Positions 21,484-33,454 are shown, counted from the first letter of the stretch. The stretch: DNA of 64,000 nt from an uncultured Planctomycetota bacterium (GCA_963697235.1 CAVONJ010000004.1:48781-112780), one strand, 5' to 3'. Notes: a model not told the origin generated them from the sequence alone. Translations and numbers: made by a program.

Positions 21484-22373
21484 GTGCTGACGTTGATGGC
21501 CCAGATCATCGACTACGCCGGGCTCTTTCCGCCGGCCGGACTCGACATGGCGACGATGGTGCGCAACTACGCGGCGTACACCGCAAGGCGACGATGCGTC
21601 GATGCTGGGTCGGCTGATCGTTCCCGTCGCGCGCCTCGACGAGTTCGAGCAGTGCGCCGGCTCGCTGCTTCCCCGCGGCCACGAGGACGAGCCGTGGCAT
21701 CTGAGCGGCTTGACCGCGCCGGCCGGAGACTCGGCGCTGGTGGGGCAGCTCGAGCGGATCGAGACCTTCAATCAGGCGCACGAGGTCCCGGCGTCGGGCC
21801 TGGCCCGGATCGACGTCCTGGAGCTGAAGGCGGATGGAGCAGAGGTCATCGAAGCGGCCCTGGACGAGATTCCCGATGCGCTCTTTCCCGTTCTTCGAGC
21901 TGCCGATCACCGCGGACCCGCGCGGCCTCCTCGCCGCGCTCGTGGGCTCGGACGCGGGGGCGAAGGTGCGCACGGGTGGCGTCGCCGCCGACCTCTATCC
22001 CGATCCGGGGCACCTGGCCCGGTTCATCGCCGCCTGCGCGGCCGCCCGCGTGCCCTTCAAGGCCACGGCGGGGCTGCACCATCCACTGCGCCACTTCTCG
22101 CAGGCCGTGCAGGCTCACGAGTTCGGCTTCCTCAATGTCTTTGTCGCCGCGGCGCTGTCCATGCACGGGGAGTTCGACACGTCGCAGCTCCTGTCCGTGC
22201 TGACCGACGAGCGCATCGAGTCGTTCGGCTTCGACGATGAGGGAATCGCGTGGCGGGGCGAGATGGTGACGGTCGATCAGCTCGAGCGCTCCCGTGAGCT
22301 CCTGGCGATCTCGTTCGGTTCCTGCTCCTTCGACGAACCGCGGGCGGACCTCCGCTCGCTTCATCTGCTCTGA
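21484..22373 (+). CDS. Conserved hypothetical protein (family not recognised), 2 frameshifts; ends 29 bp upstream of fah
   Basis: MTLMAQIIDYAGLFPPAGLDMATMVRNYAAY...LIVPVARLDEFEQ...VPFKATAGLHHPLRHFSQ...FGFLNVFVAAALSMHGEF...WRGEMVTVDQLERSRELLAISFGSCSFDEP. Confidence 0.4.
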
Positions 22374-22401
22374 TCCTCTTTCCTTGCCCGGTACTGAGTT
22401 C

Positions 22402-23726
22402 ATGCTCGATCACACCCACGACCCCTCCCTCCGCAGCTGGATCGAGTCCGCGAACGATCCGGCCGGCGGACTTCCCGATCCAGAACCTGCCCTTCGGCGT
22501 CTTCCGCAGTGACGGCAGCGCCGCGTCGCCGCGGATCGGTGCGGCGATCGGCGAGCGGGTCTTCGACCTGCGGGGCGCGGCGGAGGCGGGTCTGCTGGCC
22601 ATGCTCGCAAGAGGAAGTCCGCGCGGCGCTGCGGGAAGAGACGCTCAACCGCTTCTTGGCGCTCGGTCATCCCGCATGGACCCAGACGCGGCAGGCGATG
22701 TGCGAACTGCTCGCGGCAGCGAACACGACGCTTCAGGCGGATCGCGCCCTGCGCGATCGACTGATCTTGCCCCGGGACGGCATCGAGCTGCTGCTGCCGG
22801 CGCGCATCGGCGACTACACCGACTTCTACGCGTCGGTCCACCACGCGACGAACGTCGGCACGCATGTTCCGCCCCGACAACCCGCTGCTGCCCAACTACA
22901 AGCACCTGCCGGTCGGGTACCACGGCCGGGCGAGCTCGATCGTGGTCAGCGGCACGCCGAGTTCGCCGGCCCATGGGGCAGACTCAGGCCGAGGACGACC
23001 GAGCCGCCGATCTTCGGCCCGAGCCGGCTGCTCGACTACGAACTCGAGATGGGCTTCTTCGTCGGTCCGGGCAACGCGATGGGGCGGCGCATCACGATGG
23101 CCGAGGCGCGCGCGCACATCTTCGGCATGATCATCGTCAACGACTGGTCCGCCCGCGACGTGCAGAAGTGGGAGTACCAGCCGCTCGGCCCGTTCAACGC
23201 GAAGAACTTCGCCACGACGGTCAGCCCCTGGGTCGTGACGCTCGACGCGCTCGCGCCGTACCGGGTCCCCGGACCGCCGCGTGCGGCGGACGATCCGCCG
23301 CTGCTCGACTACCTCCGGCCCGCCGACGACATGGCGCTGCGAGATCACGGTCGAGCTGTATCTGCCAGTCGCAGATGATGAAGGAGCGGGGGCTCGCAGC
23401 CGGTTCGCCTGAGCCGGGGCGCTTCGACGACATGTACTGGACCATCGCCCAGATGCTCGTCCATCACACCTCGACCGGCTGCAACATGCAGCCGGGCGAT
23501 CTGCTGGCCAGCGGGACGATCTCGGGAACGACCCCCGATGCAACGCGGCTGCCTGCTCGAACTGACCTGGCGGGGACAGAACCCGATCGACCTGCCCGAC
23601 GGCACGCAACGCAAGCTCCTGCAGGATGGCGACGAGGTGATCATCAGGGCGTTCTGCGAGAAGCCCGGCGCTGCGCGCATCGGCTTCGGCGAATGCCGCG
23701 GCGTGGTGCTGCCGGTGATCGAGTGA
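22402..23726 (+). CDS. fah: Fumarylacetoacetase (fumarylacetoacetate hydrolase), at least 6 frameshifts
   Basis: [13 protein letters not shown]...[19 protein letters not shown]...[17 protein letters not shown]...[15 protein letters not shown]...[31 protein letters not shown]...[53 protein letters not shown]. Confidence 0.8.
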
Positions 23727-23884
23727 CCAACGGTCGGCTCGAATCGGATATTTCTCCCACCGGGAGAGGTCGGCGAGCAAAGCGAGCCGGGTGAGGGCGG
23801 ACTGCGTCGATCGTTGGTTGCGCAACGGGTGTGTGTGTACGCGCCGCACGCACATGATGGACCAGCGCGCACCAGTTCGCGCTC

Positions 23885-23985
23885 GCAGGCGACACGCGAC
23901 GTTCGCCCTCACCTGGCTGGTCCCCGCGAGCAGGCGCGGGACCAGCGGTCCTCTCCCGGGTGGGAGAGGAGCTTCACTCGAGCCG
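23885..23985. repeat. Structured extragenic repeat, family 1, copy A (two hairpins)
   Basis: gacacgcgacg..gccctcacctgg..gtccccgcg-agcag-gcgcgggac..cctctccc-gggt-gggagagg. About 90% identical over ~85 bp to copy B at 26953..27060. Lies between the convergent ends of fah and the DUF1573 gene. Confidence 0.6.
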
Positions 23986-25131
23986 CGCGATCACGCGCAG
24001 CGGTGTCGTGAAGTTCGACGCGTGCAGGGTGAGCAGGCCGTAGAGCAGGCCCGGCTCTCCGACGCGCGGCGTGATGCGGATGCGGTACTCGAGGAACTGG
24101 CCGTGCGGCACCGCTTCGATCAACTCCGCGTCGAAGGGCTGGTCGGGCGTCTGGCTGATCGCGGCGGTGTTCGCCTGCGGCGAAATGTTGCCTGCGTACT
24201 CGATCTTCGCCGTGACCTCGACCGGGGAGTCGGGTCGCACCACGCCCAAGACAACGCGCTGGTCCTTGGGCACCCAGGGTCGGCCCTTCGGGCGATCGGG
24301 ACGGGTGGCGTCGTGGCGAACGCGCACGTCGATCAGCGGACTGTCGGCGCGGTCGGTCTCGATCACCCAGAACCAGGGGATGTTGCCTTGCTCGTCCAGC
24401 TCGGTGAGATCCCAGCGCAGCGTGTAGCGATTCCGCGGCGAGTCGCGGCCGGGATCGAAGTCGACGAACTCCGGCGCGTGGCCGTTGACCGCAAGCACGC
24501 GGAACGGCTGACCATCGCGGGACTCGGCCACCAGTTCGCCCGTCAGCGTGGTGATCGCGGTGATGTGCGGTGGGGCGATGCGGATCGGCAGACTCACCTC
24601 TGCCTGGAAGAAGTAGGGGACGAAGGTCTGCTCGTACCCCTCGAAGAGAATGCTGACCTTCTCCTTCTTCTCGCCAAGGCCCGACTTCATGGTCATCGTG
24701 GTCGAGAACTCGGTGAACTGGCCGGGCGAGATCACCCGTCCCCCGAGATCTTCCGCCTCGGTGCAGCCGCAGCTGGTCACCGAGCGCAGAATGCGTAGCG
24801 GTGTGCTCCCGGCGTTCCAGATCTTCACCTTCCCCTGACCCGCCGCGCCTGGTTCCACCACGCCAAAGTCAAGGACCGGCGGCTCGAACTCGATCGGCGG
24901 CCAGCCGTCGGGATTTTCCCGGGCGGACGTGCGTCCCGTCGTCGCGATCGGCGCGACGAAGCTCGAGGTGGACTCGTCCGGCACCTCTCGCGCCGAAGTT
25001 GCCACCTGTGCGGTCGACGTGACCGAGGGCTCCTGCCCACATCCAAGGAGCAGCGAGAGGGTAACCAGCGGGACCGCGGATCTCGTCCACGGCCGCTCGG
25101 GACGAGAGCTGAGCAATCGCCTGGCCGCCAT
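23974..25131 (-). CDS. DUF1573-domain lipoprotein
   Basis: Lipobox LVTLSLLLGCGQ. DUF1573-like core: PPVLDFGVVEPGAAGQGKVKIWNAGSTPLRILRSVTSCGCTEAEDLGGRVISPGQFTEFSTTM. The start ATG overlaps the TGA of the upstream DUF192 gene. Confidence 0.65.
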   Translation of the reverse strand: MAARRLLSSRPERPWTRSAVPLVTLSLLLGCGQEPSVTSTAQVATSAREVPDESTSSFVAPIATTGRTSARENPDGWPPIEFEPPVLDFGVVEPGAAGQGKVKIWNAGSTPLRILRSVTSCGCTEAEDLGGRVISPGQFTEFSTTMTMKSGLGEKKEKVSILFEGYEQTFVPYFFQAEVSLPIRIAPPHITAITTLTGELVAESRDGQPFRVLAVNGHAPEFVDFDPGRDSPRNRYTLRWDLTELDEQGNIPWFWVIETDRADSPLIDVRVRHDATRPDRPKGRPWVPKDQRVVLGVVRPDSPVEVTAKIEYAGNISPQANTAAISQTPDQPFDAELIEAVPHGQFLEYRIRITPRVGEPGLLYGLLTLHASNFTTPLRVIARLE

Positions 25132-25715
25132 CACTCGGCCGCCCTCTCAGGCTTGACGGTCTTGGCCAGCGACCGCAGTCGTTCGACATCGAGCCCGGTC
25201 GCGGCGCCGATCTCCAGCTTGAGGTCCCGGATCGAGCCGGCCTTCAGCTCGATCGCGAACTGCGCGGGCTGTCCGCTGAGGTAGCGGCGGAGCCGCGCGT
25301 GGTAGGCCCACTCCGGCTCTTCGGGCCGACGGGGCGGCTCGGTCTTCATCTCATGCAAGGCGACGATCCGTCCGAGCCGATCGATGAAGATCAAGTCCAT
25401 GTCGACCAGGCAGTTGGCCATCCAGAAGCTGAGCACGCTGGCCCGCGGAAAGACGAAGAGCATCCCCGTGGCGTCCTCGATCGTCTCGACGCCCATCAGC
25501 CCAGTTGCTCTCGACCGGGCGTCCGCCGCCACCTTCAGTTCGAAGGTCTTGGTCGCTAGCGTCACCCGCTCGGTGGGGGGAGCGGGGGGCGCTGTGGGCG
25601 CGGTCGGCGGCGGTGCAAGGGGCAGCGCTGCCAGCACGGGCGGGGAGAGAACAAGCGTCCCCAGGATCAACAGGCACCTCATCGTTTGCAAAGTCAGGTG
25701 GTTCATTGCGGCCAT
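25131..25715 (-). CDS. DUF192-domain secreted protein
   Basis: Signal peptide, Pro-rich linker, then the DUF192 core (FELKVAADARSRATGLMGVETIEDATGMLFVFPRASVLSFWMANCLVDMDLIFIDRLGRIVALHEM). Confidence 0.65.
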   Translation of the reverse strand: MAAMNHLTLQTMRCLLILGTLVLSPPVLAALPLAPPPTAPTAPPAPPTERVTLATKTFELKVAADARSRATGLMGVETIEDATGMLFVFPRASVLSFWMANCLVDMDLIFIDRLGRIVALHEMKTEPPRRPEEPEWAYHARLRRYLSGQPAQFAIELKAGSIRDLKLEIGAATGLDVERLRSLAKTVKPERAAE

Positions 25716-25780
25716 TATAGAACCCCGGTCAGTGCAGTCCGATCCGGTTCCTGGTCACCACCGGGAAGCAGCAGGCCAAC

Positions 25781-25817
25781 GAAAAACGGCATGGTCCCGC
25801 GCTGCGAGACCATGCCG
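25781..25817 (-). terminator. Intrinsic terminator downstream of the PEP-CTERM gene
   Basis: 10-bp perfect stem cggcatggtc / gaccatgccg with an 11-nt loop. Followed on the minus strand by TTTTTCGTT. Confidence 0.6.
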
Positions 25818-25848
25818 GTGCGGTGAATCCGTTCGCGTCGAGCGGTGA

Positions 25849-26406
25849 TCAGGCGCGCCGGCGGCGGCGTCTGCTCGTCAGCCCGGCCAGGCCCAGAAAT
25901 GCGACGGCCCCGGGGGCGGGAACGGAATTCCACACGATCAGCACACTCTTGTCGGCGGAGCCCAGGACCGCGGCCGGTGACCAGCTGGCCTGGAACCCAT
26001 CGCCTGTGTCCGCACCCGTCCCCGCGAAGCTGCCGTTCACGAAGACCTGGACGCTCCCGGGCAGGACGTTCTCGCTCAGGTTGTCGACGATGGCGATGCC
26101 CAGCGGGTCGTTGAGGAACGCGGTGTAGGCCATCGTGCCGAAGAGCAATTGCAGGCTGTTGTCGAAGCCGGTGGCGCCGGGCGTGGTGATCGTGCCACCA
26201 CTGACGGCCGTCCACGTGCCGAGCGGGGGAACCGTGTACACCTGCGGCGTTCCGTACAAGACCGGGGCAGGCGGGGTCAGGTCGAGGACCATGCCCGCCG
26301 CGCCATTGTGGTTCACATCGAGCGTAAAGACCGTCCCCGTGAGATCCGCCTTCGCGGCCCCCGTGAGGATCAGCGCCGCGGTGGCGGCCAAAAGCGTTGT
26401 CTTCAT
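25849..26406 (-). CDS. Secreted protein with a C-terminal PEP-CTERM sorting signal (VPAP variant)
   Basis: RBS AGAGGAAAGAG then ATG. Signal peptide MKTTLLAATAALILTGAAKA. C-terminus [24 protein letters not shown] (motif, TM helix, Arg tail). Confidence 0.7.
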   Translation of the reverse strand: MKTTLLAATAALILTGAAKADLTGTVFTLDVNHNGAAGMVLDLTPPAPVLYGTPQVYTVPPLGTWTAVSGGTITTPGATGFDNSLQLLFGTMAYTAFLNDPLGIAIVDNLSENVLPGSVQVFVNGSFAGTGADTGDGFQASWSPAAVLGSADKSVLIVWNSVPAPGAVAFLGLAGLTSRRRRRRA

Positions 26407-26952
26407 GTTCTCTTTCCTCTCTTTGTCCGGTTTTCTCTATCTTGCCCCCGGATCCCGCCTGGACGACGAGGTCTGCGGAGATCGCCTTCGGGTGAAGATC
26501 TCAGCTCCAACCAATAGCCCCGATTCACGCGGCAGCCACCCCGACGTTCAGGAACGATCAACTCCACGCCTGAAGCGCGCCCGCACAGACGGAACAGTCA
26601 CCGAAGTCAGCCCTCGGGATTGGTTATGGAGCCAAGAGAGGAACCTCATTGGTGCCGGCCTCGATCCGATACCTGCACCGCACTCTTTCATCTTCCATTG
26701 GTGTCTCGTTGCTGTTGCGGTGGGAATGTGGAGGAATATGGGACCGCGGCCCGCTCGACGCCCGCGCCGGCTTCTGATCGCGATTGTCGCGTTGCGCGCT
26801 GACGGCGCCCTGGGCGCCGGCGAGCCGAGTGTGCCGAGGAGGGCGAAGCAGGCGGCTTGCCATGCCGTCGATGCAGCCCGACGAAGCCACGCGAAGTGAG
26901 CCAGCTCCGGATGCTATGAATTGAGTGAAGCTGCTCTAGAGCGTGCGCGCAG

Positions 26953-27060
26953 CCGACACGCGACGTCGTCCGCCCTCACCTGGTTCGTCCCCGCGAGCAG
27001 ACGCGGGGACGGGCCGTCCTCTCCCGGGGAGAGGAGTCTCCTTTTCACCTCTCCCGGGAG
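26953..27060. repeat. Structured extragenic repeat, family 1, copy B, with an extra third hairpin
   Basis: gacacgcgacgtcgtccgccctcacctggttcgtccccgcg-agcaga-cgcggggac...cctctccc-gggg-agagg...cctctcccgggaggagagg. Immediately downstream of hmgA. Confidence 0.6.
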
Positions 27061-27096
27061 GAGAGGATGATTGTCGATGCCGGCGCCCTCCGGCGA

Positions 27097-28384
27097 TCAG
27101 CCGCTCGTGTCCACGGCTGCCTTCGCGTGCTGCGGTTTGGCCGAAGCGATCGCTTCGCCGTTCGGTCCGTGGCTGCCGACGAGGTGCGGGAAGTGCTCGC
27201 CCTGCCAGCTCGCGGGGTAGTGGGGGTCGTCCATGCCCAAGGCGGCCGCGTCGGGAAGAGCGGCCGGAAGGTGTCGCACATCACGGCGAGTTCGTCGGTC
27301 CATGTCCTTGCCGAGCGACGCCTCGACGGTGCCGGGGTGCGGGCCGTGCGGAATGCCCTGCGGGTGCAGCGTGATCGAGCCGACCTCGATGCCCTTGCGG
27401 GCCTTGTAGTTGCCCTCGACGTAGTAGAGCACCTCGTCGGAGTCGAGGTTGGAGTGGTTGTACGGCACCGGGATCGCCTCGGGGTGGAAGTCGAGCATCG
27501 CGCGGGCAGAACGAGCAGATCACGAAGTTGTGCCCCTCGAACGTCTGGTGGATCGGCGGCGGCATGTGGAGCTTGCCGACGATCGGGCTGAAGTCGTCGA
27601 TGTTGAAGATGTACGGGTAGTAGCAGCCGTCCCAGCCGACGACGTCGAGCGGGTGGTAGTGGTAGATGTAGCTGTGCACGCTGTCGCGGGCCTTGATGCG
27701 CACCTCGAAGTCGCCCTGTCTCGTCGAAGGTGAGCGGCAGCTCCGGGCACGCGCAGGTCGCGCTCGCAGTACGGCGCAGTGCTCGAGGAACTGCGACGGT
27801 CTGTCTTGGAGACGTAGCGCGGCGGCGGGCACGATGTGCGAGCCGTTGGCGGTCTCGATGACGAGGAAGCGCGGGTTCGGGCTCGCCGGGCTTGGGCTCG
27901 TCGAACTCCATCCGGTAGATCGTGCCCTTGGGGATGACGATGTAGTCCTTGGGCCGGAACGCGCAGCGTGCCGAAGATCGTGTACACGGTGCCCGAGCCG
28001 AAGTGGATGAAGAGGCACTCGTCGCCCTGGCCGTTCTTGTAGTGGTAGTTCATCGGCTCGGCGGGAACGCAGATGCGCCATCTCGCAGTCGGCGTTGCCG
28101 AAGAGGACGACGCGGCCGGTGATCGGGTCGCCCTGCGGCTGGATCGGCATCGTCTTGAGGTGCCGCATGCGCATGACGTCGGTCTCGACGTACTCGGCCT
28201 TCGTCGAGTACAGCGGCTTCCAGCCGGTGACCTGGGTGGGCGGGTGGATGTGGTAGAGCGTCGAGGTCGGGCCGACGAAGCCCTCGGTGCCGAAGACCTC
28301 TTCGGAGTAGAGCGCCCCGTCGGGGCGGCGGAACTGGATGTGCCGCTTGGGGGGAAGCTGGCCGAGCTTGGTGTAGTACGGCAT
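27097..28384 (-). CDS. hmgA: Homogentisate 1,2-dioxygenase, at least 3 frameshifts
   Basis: RBS GGGAGGA then ATG. MPYYTKLGQLPPKRHIQFRRPDGALYSEEVFGTEGF...HYHPLDVVGWDGCYYPYIFNIDDFSPIVGKLHMPPPIHQTFEGHNFVICSFCPR...VLYYVEGNYKARKGIEVGSITLHPQGIPHGPHPG. Confidence 0.85.
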
Positions 28385-28910
28385 GACGAGAATCCTCCCG
28401 ACTTCAACGTGATTCACCGGCGCTGGCGCACCGGCATGGAGTGCGGTCGATTGTAGTGATCCCGGACCCGAAGAGCAGGTCCGCTCGCCCCGGGTGAGAA
28501 AATGGCCTCCCGGCTGCGCAGCGGCAGCGGTCAACGCGCCGCTCGATTGGCCGCCGACAGGCGTTCGCGATGTCGACGGGCGCAGCGCGGGCGACCGGCG
28601 CGGCCGCGGGGTGATGTGCCCTGGTGGCGCCACCCGACGAGCGCCGGCCAAGCCCATTGACCATTGGTTAGCGATGGCTGACACACTGAAGTGCACGAGA
28701 CTCGCCGTCGCTTCCGCGCCTCTGCTGGCAAGAGCGTCAAGGTGGGAGAGATCGACAAGCTCAGCGATCAAAACGAGCGTTCGAAAGTGCGCCGTTCTTC
28801 AAAACCTCGAGAGTTCTCTCGTTGGGGTTCACCAATCGCGCGATACGATGTCAGCCGTCGCGAGCTGGCGACCGGCTCTCGCGTGAGGGAGACGGGGGGG
28901 AAGGAGCAGC

Positions 28911-29312
28911 ATGGTCGCGCATTTAGGAATGACCACGGCGAAGCTGCTTGCACAGCTTCGCCGGATGTTCCCAGAGCTTCAAGTCGAGCCCGGCTATTGG
29001 ACGGCTCAAGTCGACGAGCTGGAGGTCTATGTCGTCGCCGATGAGCACGAAGATCGCTTGCGTATCTTGGTGCCGGTCGCGCGGGCGGATCGATTCGACG
29101 CTGATCTGCTGTGGGTCCTGTTGCTCGCGAACTTTCAGCTCGCTCTCGACGCGCGATACGCCGTACAGGATGGGCTCGTCTGGTGCGTGTTCGTCCACCG
29201 GTTGAGCTGGCTGACCGAGGTGGAGGTCGAGAACGCGCTCTGCAACGTGCTGAGCCTGGCGCGAAACACGGGAAGCAGCTTCAGCAGCAGCGACCTGGTC
29301 CTGGACGGGTGA
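28911..29312 (+). CDS. YbjN-like / type III secretion chaperone-like small cytoplasmic protein
   Basis: Strong RBS GGAAGGAG then ATG. 133 aa, acidic; LEVYVVADEHEDRLRILVPVARADRFDADLLWVLLLANFQLALDARYAVQDGLVWCVFVHRL resembles the YbjN/CesT fold. Tentative. Confidence 0.4.
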   Translation: MVAHLGMTTAKLLAQLRRMFPELQVEPGYWTAQVDELEVYVVADEHEDRLRILVPVARADRFDADLLWVLLLANFQLALDARYAVQDGLVWCVFVHRLSWLTEVEVENALCNVLSLARNTGSSFSSSDLVLDG

Positions 29313-29397
29313 TGAAGCACCCGCCGGCGAACCCGGAGTCTCAACCGAGCATTTGGGCTACCATTCCGCTCTCTCACCACGAAATGAAGGAGCGGCC

Positions 29398-29784
29398 ATG
29401 CCCCGGATCACCATCATCGTCGGCGCCCTGCTCACCGTGCTCGGTCTGGTGGCGTACGTCTTTCTGAGCGAGGCGCCTCGAAGCATCACGGCCATGATCC
29501 CCGCGTTCTTCGGCGTTCCGCTGATCGTCCTCGGCTGGCTCGGTGCCCGTCCCAACCTGCGGAAGCACGTGATGCACGGCGCGGTGCTCCTCGGCGTGCT
29601 GGGCGTGGCCGGCACCGTTCCCGGGCTGCTCAAGCTCCCGACTTTGCTCAGCGGCGGCGAGGTCGCGCGGCCGACGGCGGTCGCCGTCCAGTCGATCATG
29701 GCGGCCATCTGCGTGGTCTTCGTCGTCCTTTGCGTCCGGTCGTTCATCGCCGCCCGTCGGGCGGCGCCGCAAGCTGACTCTTGA
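29398..29784 (+). CDS. Small integral membrane protein (4 predicted TM)
   Basis: RBS AAGGAG then ATG ([22 protein letters not shown]...). 128 aa. Confidence 0.5.
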   Translation: MPRITIIVGALLTVLGLVAYVFLSEAPRSITAMIPAFFGVPLIVLGWLGARPNLRKHVMHGAVLLGVLGVAGTVPGLLKLPTLLSGGEVARPTAVAVQSIMAAICVVFVVLCVRSFIAARRAAPQADS

Positions 29785-29823
29785 AACAAACGTCATCAAC
29801 CCAGCCGCGGTGCAGCCCGGCGA

Positions 29824-31024
<1,201 letters not shown>

Positions 31025-31201
31025 CTGGGGTATAGCTCCTTTCGCCTTCGATTCGCATCTTAGTTGGAGCCGATGGTAACGGGAGGGGGAATCCAGCCCC
31101 AATCGGCCGCACCGTGTCCTACCAACGCCGGTTCGAGACGTGCCCTCGCCTGGAGAGCACCGTACTCTTACCCTGCCTCCAACCCAGAAAGGGGACTTCC
31201 A

Positions 31202-32800
31202 ATGACCTTGATCATGCTAGCCATCGGCATCTTCGCGGCTCTGGCGATCGCCGCCAGCGCGTGGCGGGTTCCCAATCGACCGTTTCGGGCGGCGGCGGGC
31301 GCGGTCGCGCTGCTCGTGCTCTTCGTCTTCGTCGCCCTCAGCTCCATTCGGCTGGTGGAGGAGGACGAGATCGGGGTCATCGTCAAGAACTTCGGCCCCA
31401 ACATGCCGCCCGGGCAGATCATCGCCCTCAACGGAGAGAAGGGGCCGCAGGCCAGAATCCTGGGCCCGGGCTGGCACTTCTGGTACTGGCCGGGACTCTA
31501 CGACGTCGAGATCAAGCCCGTCATCGAGATCAAGACCGATGAGGTGGGGCTGGTCACCACCCTCGACGGTCGACCGCTCCCGCCGGGGCAGGCCTTTGCT
31601 CCGGAGTGGGAACCCGAGGCGTTCTCGAGGATGCTCGACGCGGAGTACTTCCTGACCGCGGGCCAGGGCTTCGGCGGCCCGCAGGCCTCGGTCCTCAAGC
31701 CGCGAAAGTGGCGCATCAACCCGAAGCTCTACGCCATCGAGCGGGTGCCCGTCACCAACATCGAGAAGGCCACGGTGGCGGTCGTCAAGTCGAACGTCGG
31801 CGACGCCCCACCCGGCGTCCGTCCGGACGAGGCGAAGATCGTCGACCGGGGCCAGCGAGGCATCTGGCGGCAACCGTTCACGCCGGACAAGCTCTATCTG
31901 AACACGAAGGCCTATGAGATCACGGTGATCTCCACCCGCCAGCAGATCATTCGCTACGGCGAGGGTGGAGCAGTGGATGAATCGGAGATCGAGGTGCGGA
32001 CGTCGGACGGTTTCACCTTTCCCGTGGACGTTCGCATCGAATACCAGATCAAGCCCGAAGACGCCGCCCTCGTGGTGGCCGAGCTTGGCGATGACAAAGA
32101 CCAGCTTCAGCGGCGCATGGCCTCGACGGTCCGGGCCATCTTCCGCAACAACGCCGAGCAGGTGAAGGCTCTGGACTACGTCCAGCAGCGCTCCCACCAG
32201 GAGACGCAGTCCCTGGGCATGCTCTCCCGCGAGATGGCCCAGGTGGGCGTCACCGTGACGGCCGTTCGCATCGGCGACGTCGGCGACGAGGCGTCGCTCG
32301 GCACCCTGCTGAAGACCCAGACCGACCGCGAGATCGCCCTGCAGGAGCAGCTCACCTTCCAGGAGCAGCAGCGGGCAGCGGAACAGAAGAAGGCCCTGAC
32401 CCGCACCGAGCAGGAGGCGGAGAAGGAGCGGGATCTGGCCGATGCGACCTACGGCGTCATGATCGCCGAGCAGACCAAGCAGAGCCGCATCATCGAGGCC
32501 GACGCGGACGCCGAGGCGATCCGCATCCGGGCCGAGGCGCAGGCCACCGCGTATCAGATGATCGCCGAACAGATCGGCCAGGGGAACGCAGCCCTCGTCG
32601 AACTGCTCAAGATCGTCGGCGAGCGGAACATCAACATCACGCCGAGGGTCATGGTGGTCGGCGATGGAAACGGTCGGGGCACCGGCACCGCCGCGTCCTC
32701 GGAGACGACGGCGCTGATCGGAACGATGCTGGACACGATGATCTCGAAGGAGGAGCCCCCGCACGCCGAGCGGAACGTGGTCAAGACGGGTCGCGAGTGA
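31202..32800 (+). CDS. SPFH/Band-7 (flotillin/YqiK-like) membrane protein
   Basis: N-terminal TM MTLIMLAIGIFAALAIAASAW. SPFH domain (IRLVEEDEIGVIVKNFG...). Long coiled-coil E/A/Q-rich C-terminal half. 532 aa, intact. Confidence 0.75.
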   Translation: MTLIMLAIGIFAALAIAASAWRVPNRPFRAAAGAVALLVLFVFVALSSIRLVEEDEIGVIVKNFGPNMPPGQIIALNGEKGPQARILGPGWHFWYWPGLYDVEIKPVIEIKTDEVGLVTTLDGRPLPPGQAFAPEWEPEAFSRMLDAEYFLTAGQGFGGPQASVLKPRKWRINPKLYAIERVPVTNIEKATVAVVKSNVGDAPPGVRPDEAKIVDRGQRGIWRQPFTPDKLYLNTKAYEITVISTRQQIIRYGEGGAVDESEIEVRTSDGFTFPVDVRIEYQIKPEDAALVVAELGDDKDQLQRRMASTVRAIFRNNAEQVKALDYVQQRSHQETQSLGMLSREMAQVGVTVTAVRIGDVGDEASLGTLLKTQTDREIALQEQLTFQEQQRAAEQKKALTRTEQEAEKERDLADATYGVMIAEQTKQSRIIEADADAEAIRIRAEAQATAYQMIAEQIGQGNAALVELLKIVGERNINITPRVMVVGDGNGRGTGTAASSETTALIGTMLDTMISKEEPPHAERNVVKTGRE

Positions 32801-32818
32801 TGGGGACTCGCCGCCGAA

Positions 32819-33337
32819 TCAGTACTTGAGCACCGAGCTGACCGGGTGCGGGGCAACCCGCGCCCGGCCGTCCAGGAACTCCAGCTCGATGAGCACGGAG
32901 ATCCCCAGGATGTCCGCTCCCGACTCTTCGACCAGGTCGCAGCACGCCCGCATCGTGCCTCCGGTGGCCAGGAGATCGTCGACCATCAGGACGGCGTGTC
33001 CCGGGCCCATCGCGTCAGCGTGGATCTCCAGGGCGTCGGTGCCGTACTCGAGCTGGTAGGTCTTGGTTCGCCGCTCCGAAGGGAGCTTGCCCGGCTTGCG
33101 CACCGGCACGAAGCCGCAGCTCAGGGCCTGGGCGATCGCGGTTCCGAAGATGAAGCCGCGCGACTCCGCCCCGACCACCAGGTCGACACCGCGGCCACGG
33201 TAGGGATTGGCCATGCACTCGACGGCGAGGGCCAGGCCGGCGGCATCGGCGAGCAGCGGCGTGATGTCCTTGAACATGATGCCGGGCTTCGGGAAGTCGG
33301 CGACGTCGCGAATGAGCTTCGCGAGCTGGGATGACAT
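32819..33337 (-). CDS. apt: Adenine phosphoribosyltransferase
   Basis: MSSQLAKLIRDVADFPKPGIMFKDITPLL...VDLVVGAESRGFIFG...VLMVDDLLATGGTMRA (PRPP-binding motif). An alternative start lies 24 nt upstream. Confidence 0.85.
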   Translation of the reverse strand: MSSQLAKLIRDVADFPKPGIMFKDITPLLADAAGLALAVECMANPYRGRGVDLVVGAESRGFIFGTAIAQALSCGFVPVRKPGKLPSERRTKTYQLEYGTDALEIHADAMGPGHAVLMVDDLLATGGTMRACCDLVEESGADILGISVLIELEFLDGRARVAPHPVSSVLKY

Positions 33338-33454
33338 GGCAACGTCGATCACGGCGAGCATCCAGGAGGGCGGGTGCAGAGCAGCATACCCCATCGACCG
33401 GGCGTTGCCGTCCCGCTCCCGCTCCTGACCGTCCCCATCTATCATGATCGGATC

